Assembly (NCBI RefSeq): GCF_041905885.1
Contig: NZ_JAYRKD010000017.1
Span: forward strand, 1 to 24,000
From: Dongia sp.
Lineage (GTDB): Bacteria > Pseudomonadota > Alphaproteobacteria > Dongiales > Dongiaceae
Direction of reading: 5' to 3'
DNA length: 24,000 nt
The stretch's first letter is position 1, and every line of letters starts with the position of its first letter. Of the stretch, positions 1 to 8,303 are shown piece by piece. Below the pieces are notes generated by a model that did not search any database, had not been told where the DNA came from, and saw only the letters and a list, made by a program, of their open reading frames with translations. A program made the position numbers and the translations under genes.

Positions 1-306
1 GCGCATTCTTATGCACGTTCATCCGGGCCCCCAGAAAGACGCTGTTTGCTTCGCAACAACCAGCTTCCTCCGGTCGGCCCGGGTGAACAACCTCTATAGC
101 AACGACATCTAGCCCCTGCACAGGTGACTTCGGAGAGCCTGCAGCACGAAGCGGCCAGAGGCATGTGCTATCTCGCCGTCTTGGTTAACTCCGACATTGA
201 AAGCGGTCCATGCCGGGACGCGGCTTCCAGAGCAGAAGGATCGGCGTGTTTCGCGGGCACCAGGAATATGTGGTGCGCAGATGGGCGGATCCCGGTTGCG
301 ACGATG

Positions 307-747
307 TCATGGTTGCTTCTGGCGCTCGCCATGGGGACTGCCTCGATCCGCCTGGCCCGCCAGCCGCGCGTTGCGCGCTCGGCTAAGGAGCGGCATAGCG
401 AGTTGAAGAACGCCTTCGTCGCGGGTGCCTTGGGTGTCTTCCTGCTGATCTGGAGCTACCACGGCCTTCAACTCGATGACGTGGTGATCTTCGATAAGGA
501 GACGGCAGAGGAAGCGAAGCAGTTGAAGAGTGGTCAGTTCGACCAGTCGGCGCTCGACGCACTGCTGAAACGCGGTTGCGCGATCCGCTCCGGACCTTGC
601 GTGTTGAATCTCTCGAGTAAGACGCCGTCCGTCCTGCTGCAGGGGCTGCTAGGCAGTTGGATACTGGTGAACGCGTTGCGGACAGGTGTCCGGAGGCGGC
701 GCGACTTCTCCTATCGGCCGGACACAAGTCCAGAAGAACAGAAATAG
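307..747 (+). CDS. hypothetical small membrane protein (frame open from GTG 124; ATG 307 preferred)
   Basis: ORF 124..747. ATG at 307 gives MSWLLLALAMGTASI... with three hydrophobic segments (SWLLLALAMGTASI, AFVAGALGVFLLIWSY, SVLLQGLLGSWILVNAL). Mostly G/C-ending codons. No family recognised. Confidence 0.4.
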   Translation, partial: SWLLLALAMGTASIRLARQPRVARSAKERHSELKNAFVAGALGVFLLIWSYHGLQLDDVVIFDKETAEEAKQLKSGQFDQSALDALLKRGCAIRSGPCVLNLSSKTPSVLLQGLLGSWILVNALRTGVRRRRDFSYRPDTSPEEQK

Positions 748-753
748 CGCGGC

Positions 754-1065
754 TTACGCCGCGTGGCGGCCGTTGGCGATCGCGAGGAAGCGGTCGATCT
801 CGCTCTGCATGACGCTGGCGCGCTCGAGGATCTGGTGCGCGACCTTGTCGGCATCCTTGGGCGCGGTCATCGCGCCCGACGCGGCGACGGCCATAGCGGC
901 ATTGATGCCGTCGATCGCGGTCTGGCGCACCACGCCCGAAACCATGTCGGCCATGCGCTGGATCTCGGCGCGCAGCTGCGCCGTCTCGGCATTCTCCGGC
1001 AGAATGATCGGGTTCGGTTGGGCCATGATCGTCATCCCAGATTTGGGAGCGTTGAGCCGCTCCAT
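754..1065 (-). CDS. hypothetical small helical protein; its C-terminal part resembles the extreme C-terminus of alphaproteobacterial chemoreceptors
   Basis: 103-aa ORF with strong G/C third-position bias. GGAGGAG lies 10 nt upstream of the ATG at 1065. The tail ...ERASVMQSEIDRFLAIANGRHAA resembles MCP C-terminal segments by recollection only. Alternative starts are at the MTIMAQ / MAQ codons. Confidence 0.5.
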   Translation of the reverse strand: MERLNAPKSGMTIMAQPNPIILPENAETAQLRAEIQRMADMVSGVVRQTAIDGINAAMAVAASGAMTAPKDADKVAHQILERASVMQSEIDRFLAIANGRHAA

Positions 1066-1304
1066 GCGGAGGATACTCCTCCGGAAACCGTAAAGGATCG
1101 GTAAATCCTAACCCTTTCTCACGGCGGAAACCCCCGAATTGCAGCGTTTTCGAGGCTGGTCGACGCGGGGACATATGTTAGAAGGCGTCAAAATGCTGCC
1201 ATATTTGCGGCCCAGCCTCCGCCTGCGCGCGAGGCGGCGAAATCCCCTAGATATGGTAGGATTTAAACGAGAGTCGTCAATTTCTAGGGTATCCGAGGCC
1301 GACC

Positions 1305-2054
1305 ATGGCTGGTCATTCACAGTTCAAGAACATCATGTACCGGAAGGGCGCGCAGGATGCGAAGCGCGCCAAGGTCTTCACCAAGATCATCCGTGAGTTA
1401 ACGGTTTCGGCCAAGTCCGGCCAGGCCGACCCGGCCGCCAACCCGCGGCTGCGGGCCGCCATGATCGCGGCGCGCCAGGCGAACATGCCGCGCGACACCA
1501 TGGAACGCGCGATCAAGCGCGGCGCCGGCGGCGAGGACAACAACAACTACGATGAGGTCCGCTACGAGGGCTACGGCCCGGGCGGCATCGCCGTCATCGT
1601 CGAGGCGCTGACCGACAACCGCAACCGCACCGCCTCGGAAGTGCGCACCCTGTTCGCCAAGGCCGGGGGCAATCTCGGCGAGACCAATTCCGTCAGCTTC
1701 ATGTTCGAGCGCAAGGGCGTGATCGTCTATGCGGCAAAGGCCGCTTCCGCCGACGCGATGTTCGAGGCCGGGCTCGAGGCCGGCGCCGACAATGTCGAGA
1801 GCGATGCGAACAGCCACGAGGTCACCTGCGCGGTCGATGACTTCTCCACCGTGCGCGATGCGCTGGAGAAGAAGTTCGGCGAAGCGCAGGAAGCCAAGCT
1901 GCAATGGCGCCCGCTCAACACCACCCTGGTGGATGACGATATTGCCGAATCGCTCATGAAGCTGATCGACGCGCTGGAAGACAACGACGACGTCCAGAAC
2001 GTCTATGCCAATTACGAAGTCTCCGAAGCGACGCTGCAGCGTCTCTCGGCGTAA
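1305..2054 (+). CDS. yebC: YebC/PmpR family DNA-binding transcriptional regulator
   Basis: Hallmark N-terminus [31 protein letters not shown], then ...[28 protein letters not shown] and ...[28 protein letters not shown]. Sits upstream of ruvCAB as usual. Confidence 0.95.
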   Translation: MAGHSQFKNIMYRKGAQDAKRAKVFTKIIRELTVSAKSGQADPAANPRLRAAMIAARQANMPRDTMERAIKRGAGGEDNNNYDEVRYEGYGPGGIAVIVEALTDNRNRTASEVRTLFAKAGGNLGETNSVSFMFERKGVIVYAAKAASADAMFEAGLEAGADNVESDANSHEVTCAVDDFSTVRDALEKKFGEAQEAKLQWRPLNTTLVDDDIAESLMKLIDALEDNDDVQNVYANYEVSEATLQRLSA

Positions 2055-2082
2055 CCGACTCCGAAAGGACAGCCCGAAAGGG

Positions 2083-2595
2083 ATGCGCATCATCGGCCTC
2101 GACCCCGGCCTGCAGCATACCGGCTGGGGCATCATCGACCAGGACGGGTCGCGGCTCTCCTTCGTCGCGGCGGGGCGGATTTCGTCCATCGCCAGCCAGC
2201 CCCTGGCCGAGCGCCTGGTCGAGATCCACACCGGCCTGGTGGCGGTGATCGACGCGCATCAGCCGGACACCGCTGCGGTCGAGGAGACCTTCGTCAACAA
2301 AAACCCGACCTCGACCCTGAAGCTGGGTGTGGCGCGCGGCGTGGCGCTGCTGACCCCGGCCCTGCACAAGCTCAAGGTCTACGAATACCCGGCCAACCTG
2401 ATCAAGAAATCGGTGGTCGGCGCCGGCCATGCCGGCAAGGAGCAGGTGCAGATGATGGTGCGCGTGCTGCTGCCGGCCTCGCAGGCCGAAAGCCCGGACG
2501 CCGCCGACGCGCTCGCCGTCGCCATCTGCCACGCCCATCACATGGGCACGCTCAATCGCTGGGGTGCGAAGGACTTCCGCGAGGCCCTGCGGTGA
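2083..2595 (+). CDS. ruvC: crossover junction endodeoxyribonuclease RuvC
   Basis: MRIIGLDPGLQHTGWGII (catalytic Asp), EETFVNKNPTSTLKLGVARG, DAADALAVAICHAH. The ORF track opens at 2005, but ATG 2083 gives the canonical N-terminus. Confidence 0.93.
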   Translation: MRIIGLDPGLQHTGWGIIDQDGSRLSFVAAGRISSIASQPLAERLVEIHTGLVAVIDAHQPDTAAVEETFVNKNPTSTLKLGVARGVALLTPALHKLKVYEYPANLIKKSVVGAGHAGKEQVQMMVRVLLPASQAESPDAADALAVAICHAHHMGTLNRWGAKDFREALR

Positions 2596-3209
2596 TCGGC
2601 AAGCTGACCGGTGTCATCGACAGTCTCAACGAGGACGGGCTGCTGCTCGACGTCAACGGCGTCGGCTACGTCGTGCATGCCAGTTCGAAGACGATCGGGC
2701 GCCTCGGTGCCGCGGGCGCGAACGCCAGCATCCTGATCGAGACCCAGGTGCGCGAAGACGCGATCACCTTGTTCGGTTTCGCCGATCATGCCGAGCGCGA
2801 CTGGTTCCGCCTGTTGCGCAGCGTGCAGGGTGTCGGCGGCAAGGTCGCGCTGGCCATTCTTTCGACCCTGACGCCGAACGACCTGGTCCATGCGGTCGCA
2901 TCGCAGGACAAGGCCTCGGTCTCGCGCGCCAACGGTGTCGGGCCGAAGCTGGCGCAGCGCATCGTCAGCGAGTTGAAGGACAAGGCCGCGGGGCTCGAGC
3001 TCGGCGCCGGCGCGAATGTCGTGGCGCTGCCGGCCGGCAAGGCAAGCGAGGGCGGCGATGTCGTCAACGACGCGGTCTCCGCGCTGGTCAATCTCGGCTA
3101 TCGCCGCGCCGAGGCCTATGGCGCGGTCTCGAAAGCGCTCGCTTCCAAACAGGCGCGGGCTGAATTGAATGACCTGATCGTCCACGGCCTGCGGGAGCTC
3201 TCGCAGTGA
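2592..3209 (+). CDS. ruvA: Holliday junction branch migration complex subunit RuvA
   Basis: GTG start overlaps the ruvC stop (GTGA). MIGKLTGVI..., helix-hairpin-helix motifs [18 protein letters not shown] and [19 protein letters not shown], and the C-terminal domain [12 protein letters not shown]. Confidence 0.95.
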   Translation: MIGKLTGVIDSLNEDGLLLDVNGVGYVVHASSKTIGRLGAAGANASILIETQVREDAITLFGFADHAERDWFRLLRSVQGVGGKVALAILSTLTPNDLVHAVASQDKASVSRANGVGPKLAQRIVSELKDKAAGLELGAGANVVALPAGKASEGGDVVNDAVSALVNLGYRRAEAYGAVSKALASKQARAELNDLIVHGLRELSQ

Positions 3210-4261
3210 CCGAGAACCGGATGATCGCCCCCGAGCAGAAGCCCGAGGATTCGCCGGATCTCTCGCTGCGCCCGCTGCAACTCACCGAGTTCATCGGCCA
3301 GCAGAAGCTGCGCGAGAATCTCGCGGTCTTCATCCAGGCCGCGCGCCATCGCGGCGAGGCGCTGGATCACGCGCTGTTCTATGGCCCGCCGGGCCTCGGC
3401 AAGACCACGCTGGCGCAGATCGTGGCGCGCGAGCTCGGCGTCGGTTTCCGCGCGACCTCCGGTCCGGTGATCGCGCGGGCCGGCGATCTCGCGGCGCTGC
3501 TCACCAACCTGCAGCCACGCGACGTTCTCTTCATCGACGAGATCCACCGCCTGTCGCCCGCGGTCGAGGAAATCCTCTATCCGGCGATGGAGGATTTCCA
3601 GCTCGACCTCATCATCGGTGAAGGGCCGGCGGCGCGTTCGGTCAGGATCGACCTGCCGAAATTCACCCTGGTCGGCGCCACCACCCGGCTCGGCCTCATC
3701 ACCACGCCGCTCCGTGAACGCTTCGGCATCCCGCTGCGACTCAATTTCTACAACGCGATGGAATTGGAAGAGATCGTGCGGCGCGGGGCCAAGCTGCTGA
3801 ACTTCGATCTGACCTCGGAAGGTGCTGGCGAAATCGCGCGGCGCTCGCGCGGCACGCCGCGCGTCGCCGGCCGCCTGCTGCGCCGGGTGCGCGACTTCGC
3901 GGCCGTGGCGAAGAACGGCCGCGTCGATGCCAAGCTCGCCGACGAGGCGCTGAACCGCCTCGAAGTCGACAAGCTCGGCCTCGACGCGATGGACCGTCGC
4001 TATCTGAAGGCGATCGCCGACGACTACAACGGCGGTCCGGTCGGCGTGGAAACCCTGGCCGCGGCGCTCTCGGAGCAGCGCGACACCATCGAGGACGCGA
4101 TCGAGCCTTTCCTGATCCAGCAAGGCCTGCTGCAGCGCTCGCCGCGCGGCCGCCTGCTGACCCTCAACGGCTATCGCCACCTCGGCCTCACGCCCTCGAA
4201 AGCGACCGAGGCGCAGCTGGAATTGCTGGCCGCCTCGAGCAGCGAGGACGGCGACGCATGA
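3206..4261 (+). CDS. ruvB: Holliday junction DNA helicase RuvB
   Basis: GTG start overlaps the ruvA stop. [12 protein letters not shown], Walker [10 protein letters not shown], Walker [11 protein letters not shown], and sensor/arginine region [18 protein letters not shown]. Confidence 0.97.
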   Translation: MTENRMIAPEQKPEDSPDLSLRPLQLTEFIGQQKLRENLAVFIQAARHRGEALDHALFYGPPGLGKTTLAQIVARELGVGFRATSGPVIARAGDLAALLTNLQPRDVLFIDEIHRLSPAVEEILYPAMEDFQLDLIIGEGPAARSVRIDLPKFTLVGATTRLGLITTPLRERFGIPLRLNFYNAMELEEIVRRGAKLLNFDLTSEGAGEIARRSRGTPRVAGRLLRRVRDFAAVAKNGRVDAKLADEALNRLEVDKLGLDAMDRRYLKAIADDYNGGPVGVETLAAALSEQRDTIEDAIEPFLIQQGLLQRSPRGRLLTLNGYRHLGLTPSKATEAQLELLAASSSEDGDA

Positions 4262-4288
4262 TCAGGGTTGTCAATGCCACCACGCCGA

Positions 4289-4518
4289 TCCCCTCTCCCC
4301 TCGTGGGAGAGGGTTGCGCAGGCTTAGCGAGCTTAAGCGAGCTTAGCCGGAGCTGGGTGAGGGGGCGCGTGCCGGAAGGCACGCAGCGCGTAAGCGCTCC
4401 CCTCTGCGCTCTGGCGAGCGCGCGCACCTCGCGGTGCGCACCCCTCATCCAACTTCGGCTAGGCTCGGCTGCGCCTCGCCAAGCCTGCGTATCCTTCTCC
4501 CACAAGGGGAGAAGGGGT
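4289..4518. repeat. two REP/MITE-like GC-rich hairpin elements in inverted (tail-to-tail) orientation between ruvB and the DUF559 ORF
   Basis: The left copy starts with hairpin CCTCTCCC-ctcgt-GGGAGAGG (4292-4312), then TTGCGCAGGCTTAGCGAG ... AGCTGGGTGAGGGGGCGCG. The reverse complement of 4437-4515 reads CCTTCTCC..GGAGAAGG-ATACGCAGGCTTGGCGAG...AGTTGGATGAGGGGTGCGC. A central hairpin GCGTGCC-ggaa-GGCACGC is also present. Related copies lie at 4963-5005 and 20706-20831. Confidence 0.85.
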
Positions 4519-4535
4519 AGCGTTGGAGCGCGGCA

Positions 4536-5423
4536 ATGAGCATTGCACGCGCTAGAGAACTCAGAGCAAGTTCGACAGATGCAGAGCGGCTTCTGTGGCT
4601 CAAGCTGCGCGATCGACGCCTGGTGGGCGCGAAGTTTCGGCGTCAGGTTGAGTTCCCGCCGTACACCGTCGACTTCTGCTGCTTCGAAGCGAAGTTGATC
4701 GTTGAAGTTGACGGCAGTCAGCATGCTGAACGCGCGAAGCAAGATGCAGTTCGCACGCGTCGTCTGGAAGGTGACGGCTTCTCGGTCATCCGCTTCTGGA
4801 ACAATGACGTACTGACCAATACCAATGGCGTCCTGGAAGCGATCTTGACCGAGTTGAATCAGCGTGGCGCCCCGTTCGTAACGCCGCTGCCTCGTACTAG
4901 ACCCGAGCCGGAACGTGCGAAGGCGCAGCCCCGCCGTCGTGTTATGGCTGCAAGAAGCAGCGTCCCCTCTCCCCTCGTGGGAGAGGGACAGGGTGAGGGG
5001 GCGCCAGCCAGCGGAACCTCAACCCAGCCGGCGCATGTCCATCCGATCCGTGTCTATTTCGAGGATACGGATGCGGGCGGGATGGTTTACTACGCCAACT
5101 ACCTGAAATTCGCCGAGCGCGCCCGGACCGAGATGCTGCGCGCGGGCGGGATCAACCACGCCGAGATGGTGGCGCAAGACGGGTTGATGCTGGTGGTGCG
5201 ACGCTGCACCGCCGAGTATCACCGTTCGGCACGCCTCGACGATGAACTCGCGGTCGAGACGCGGGTTTCTGCCCTGGCTGGGGCATCAATTCTGCTTGAT
5301 CAGGTCGTCCGTCGCGGGAGCGAGGTCCTGGTCGAGATCACGGTCACGATTGCCTGCGTGACGAAGGAAGGGCGAGCGACCCGCCTGCCGGAACGGCTGC
5401 GTGCTGCTATCGCCATAAACTGA
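4536..5423 (+). CDS. ybgC: single open frame: N-terminal DUF559 (Vsr-like PD-(D/E)xK endonuclease domain) continuing without a stop into the Tol-Pal-associated acyl-CoA thioesterase YbgC
   Basis: aa 1-110 carry DUF559 signatures: RARELRASSTDAERLLWLKLRDRRLVGAKFRRQ, YTVDFCCFEAKLIVEVDGSQH, GFSVIRFWNNDV. aa ~165-295 are the 4HBT/YbgC part (IRVYFEDTDAGGMVYYANYLKFAERARTEMLR). The ~55-aa linker is partly encoded by a hairpin repeat. Internal candidate ybgC starts are ATG 4944 and GTG 4977. The stop at 5423 is secure; the true start is uncertain. Confidence 0.7.
   Translation: MSIARARELRASSTDAERLLWLKLRDRRLVGAKFRRQVEFPPYTVDFCCFEAKLIVEVDGSQHAERAKQDAVRTRRLEGDGFSVIRFWNNDVLTNTNGVLEAILTELNQRGAPFVTPLPRTRPEPERAKAQPRRRVMAARSSVPSPLVGEGQGEGAPASGTSTQPAHVHPIRVYFEDTDAGGMVYYANYLKFAERARTEMLRAGGINHAEMVAQDGLMLVVRRCTAEYHRSARLDDELAVETRVSALAGASILLDQVVRRGSEVLVEITVTIACVTKEGRATRLPERLRAAIAIN
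4963..5005 (+). repeat. short copy of the same hairpin repeat family, inside the DUF559-ybgC linker
   Basis: CCTCTCCC-ctcgt-GGGAGAGG (4966-4986) followed by GACAGGGTGAGGGGGCGCC. The core is identical to 4292-4312 and 4356-4368 and translates as SPLVGEGQGEG. Confidence 0.8.
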
Positions 5424-5463
5424 CCACAATGTTGCGCAAGTTGAAGCAGAAGCGAGACGAGAC

Positions 5464-6269
<806 letters not shown>

Positions 6270-6270
<1 letters not shown>

Positions 6271-6767
6271 TGGCCGTCAAGCTCGGCCACGCCGGACGGG
6301 CGCGGGGCTACGCGGCGCGCCGCAAGGCGCACCCGATGTCCGAGATCAACGTGACGCCCATGGTCGACGTCATGCTGGTGCTGCTGGTCATCTTCATGGT
6401 GACGGCGCCGCTGCTGACGGTCGGCGTGCCGGTGCAGCTGCCGAAGACCAAGGCGGCGGCGATGACCAATCCCGACGAGCCGATCGTCGTCAGCGTCGAA
6501 AAGGACGGCAAGGTCTTCCTGCAGGAGACCGAGATCCAGCTCGACGAGCTCGGCCCCCGTCTCGGGGCGATCACCGCCAACAAGCCGGACACCACGATCT
6601 ATGTCCGCGCCGACCAGGACACCAACTACGGCATGTTCGCCCAGGTGCTGGCCGAGCTGCAGGCGGCCGGCTTCAACAAGGTCGGCCTGGTGACCGATTC
6701 CAAGGCCCCCGGCGACACGACGCCTGCCAAGCCGGCCGCCAACACGGACAAGTCCAAGCCGAAATGA
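6270..6767 (+). CDS. tolR: Tol-Pal system protein TolR (ExbD/TolR family)
   Basis: ATG overlaps the tolQ TGA. MSEINVTPMVDVMLVLLVIFMVTAPLL is followed by the periplasmic domain ...VFLQETEI...IYVRADQDTNYG. Alternative start ATG 6336. Confidence 0.92.
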
Positions 6768-6808
6768 CCGTCGGAAACGCGCCTTATCGTCTGGGGTTCA
6801 TCTAGACC

Positions 6809-7723
6809 ATGCAACTGGTCTGGGCCGAACGCAGCTACCCGATCACCGGCGGCATTCTCGCGTCGGTGGTTTTCCACGTCTTGCTCGCGCTGCTGATCGT
6901 GCTCGGCGTGCCGTCCTTCTTCGAGCCGGAAGTGCTGGAGGCGCCGCCCACCATCGAGCTCGCGACCCTGGCCGACATCACCGCGGCGCCCAAGGTCGAC
7001 AAGGCCGGCAAGCCGATGGACAAGCCGAAGCCCCAGCCGCCGGCGCCCGAGACCAAGAAGGAGACCAAGCCCGAGCCGCCGAAGCCCGCGCCGCCGACGC
7101 CGTCCACGCCGCCCCCGCCGGCGCCGGAGGAGCAGGCCGCGGTCATTCCCGACAAGCCGATCGAGAAGGCGCCGGACCAGAAGAAGCCCGAGCCGAAGCC
7201 GGAAGAGAAGAAGAAAGAGGAAAAGAAGACCGAGAAGCCGAAGCCGGAGAAGAAAGAGCAGAAGAACGACATGGACGCGCTGCTGAAGAGTCTCTCGACC
7301 GAGACTCCGGCGCCGGAATCCGAAGAGAAGCCGAAGAAGAAGGCGGCGCCGGCCCCGGCCGAGCCGACCACCGGTCAGCAGGCCGCGCTCACTAACGACG
7401 TGCCGCTGACCATGGCGGAGACCGACGGCATCCGCACGGCGATCGAGAAGAAATGGTCGATTCCAATCGGTATCGCGAACGCGGAGAGTTATACGGTGAG
7501 CCTGCGTCTCTATCTGACGCCGGATGGCGTGGTGACCAAGATCGAGGTGCTCGACGACACCGGCGACAAGGGTTTCCGGACCATCGCCGAGAGCGCGCGC
7601 CGTGCAATTCTGATAGCGCAGAACGAGCTCGGCCGCCTGCCGATTCCGAAGGACAAATACAACCCGACCATCGTCGTGCGCTGGCCGATGAAGCTGATCT
7701 GTGAGCAGCGGGGCGGTTGTTGA
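6809..7723 (+). CDS. tolA: cell envelope integrity protein TolA
   Basis: Position after tolR. N-terminal anchor ITGGILASVVFHVLLALLIVLGV, a long Pro/Lys/Glu-rich spacer (KPEPPKPAPP..., EEKKKEEKKTEKPKPEKKEQK), and a globular C-terminal domain (IEKKWSIPIG...VRWPMKLICEQRGGC). Confidence 0.85.
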   Translation: MQLVWAERSYPITGGILASVVFHVLLALLIVLGVPSFFEPEVLEAPPTIELATLADITAAPKVDKAGKPMDKPKPQPPAPETKKETKPEPPKPAPPTPSTPPPPAPEEQAAVIPDKPIEKAPDQKKPEPKPEEKKKEEKKTEKPKPEKKEQKNDMDALLKSLSTETPAPESEEKPKKKAAPAPAEPTTGQQAALTNDVPLTMAETDGIRTAIEKKWSIPIGIANAESYTVSLRLYLTPDGVVTKIEVLDDTGDKGFRTIAESARRAILIAQNELGRLPIPKDKYNPTIVVRWPMKLICEQRGGC

Positions 7724-8103
7724 CTCGGCTCTGGCTTGCCGCGTTCTTGCTTCTGGCGGTGGCGTCGTGTGCGAGCGCCCCGTCCGCGGACGATGGCGCG
7801 AAAGACGACCTGCGCGCCGCGATCGAGAGGAACTGGAACATTCCAATCGGTGTGTCCGACCTGGAGAAATGCACCGCCAGCCTGCGTCTGCACCTGACGC
7901 CGGAGGGCGTGGTGACCAAGATCGACGTGCTCCAGGAGAATGATGATCCGGACTGCAACGCCGTTGCGGAGAGTGCGCGGCGCGCGGTTCTGATGACCCA
8001 GAATGAACTCGGCCATCTGCCGATCCCGCCCGACCAATACAAGCCAACCATTACGGTGCGTTGGCCGATGAAGCAGATCTGTGAGCAGCGGGGTGGCTGT
8101 TGA
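7717..8103 (+). CDS. lipoprotein consisting of a duplicated TolA C-terminal domain
   Basis: TTG start overlaps the tolA end by 7 nt. Signal peptide MLTRLWLAAFLLLAVASC has the lipobox V-A-S-C. The rest aligns without gaps to the TolA C-terminus at a 380-nt offset (7441-7723 vs 7821-8103). By hand alignment 61 of 93 positions are identical, including VVTKI, AESARRA, QNELG.LPIP and VRWPMK.ICEQRGGC. Confidence 0.75.
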   Translation: MLTRLWLAAFLLLAVASCASAPSADDGAKDDLRAAIERNWNIPIGVSDLEKCTASLRLHLTPEGVVTKIDVLQENDDPDCNAVAESARRAVLMTQNELGHLPIPPDQYKPTITVRWPMKQICEQRGGC

Positions 8104-8303
8104 CCTTGCGGAACCTTAAGGCGCGCTGCGCCATTGCGTCCGCACGGGGTTTTGAATTGTTGCGATTGGACGACAGGGCTCACCTTGCGATGTGAGGTGT
8201 TCATACATGGCGGCCGGTGGCAGGAATCAACGATTAATGCTAGGGAATTCGCCCAATTAAGCCGCGCGCCGTCGACTCGGGCCGTGGTGTTCTGGAGGGA
8301 AGG

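Noticed and set aside
124-306. N-terminal 61 aa of ORF 124-747
   Set aside because: It has a GTG start with no SD, and it is Cys/Arg-rich and non-hydrophobic. The membrane-protein-like part begins at ATG 307. The whole gene remains low confidence.
3116-4180. 354-aa ORF on the minus strand
   Set aside because: It is antisense to ruvB, which has Walker A/B motifs on the plus strand.
4188-4742. ORFs 4258-4539 (+, 93 aa) and 4188-4742 (-, 184 aa) across the ruvB-DUF559 spacer
   Set aside because: They are translations of the palindromic hairpin repeats (PSPLVGEG..., ...PLLPLWEKD...). Both strands are open only because the DNA is a GC-rich inverted repeat.
6990-7380. Low-complexity repeat in tolA (KPEPK/EEKKK) as a mobile or tandem repeat element
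   Set aside because: This is the typical Pro/Lys/Glu-rich domain II spacer of TolA, a compositional feature and not a discrete DNA repeat.
7441-8103. Diversity-generating retroelement template/variable repeat pair
   Set aside because: Differences between the two copies are not confined to adenine positions. No reverse transcriptase or accessory gene is present. The second copy has its own signal peptide and looks like an ordinary diverged paralog.
8104-8303. 200-bp tolA-paralog/tolB intergenic region as a possible sRNA or mobile insertion
   Set aside because: It has only a 5-bp hairpin and somewhat lower GC, with no repeats, terminator or conserved motif that I can recognise. It is most simply an internal promoter or leader for tolB-pal.
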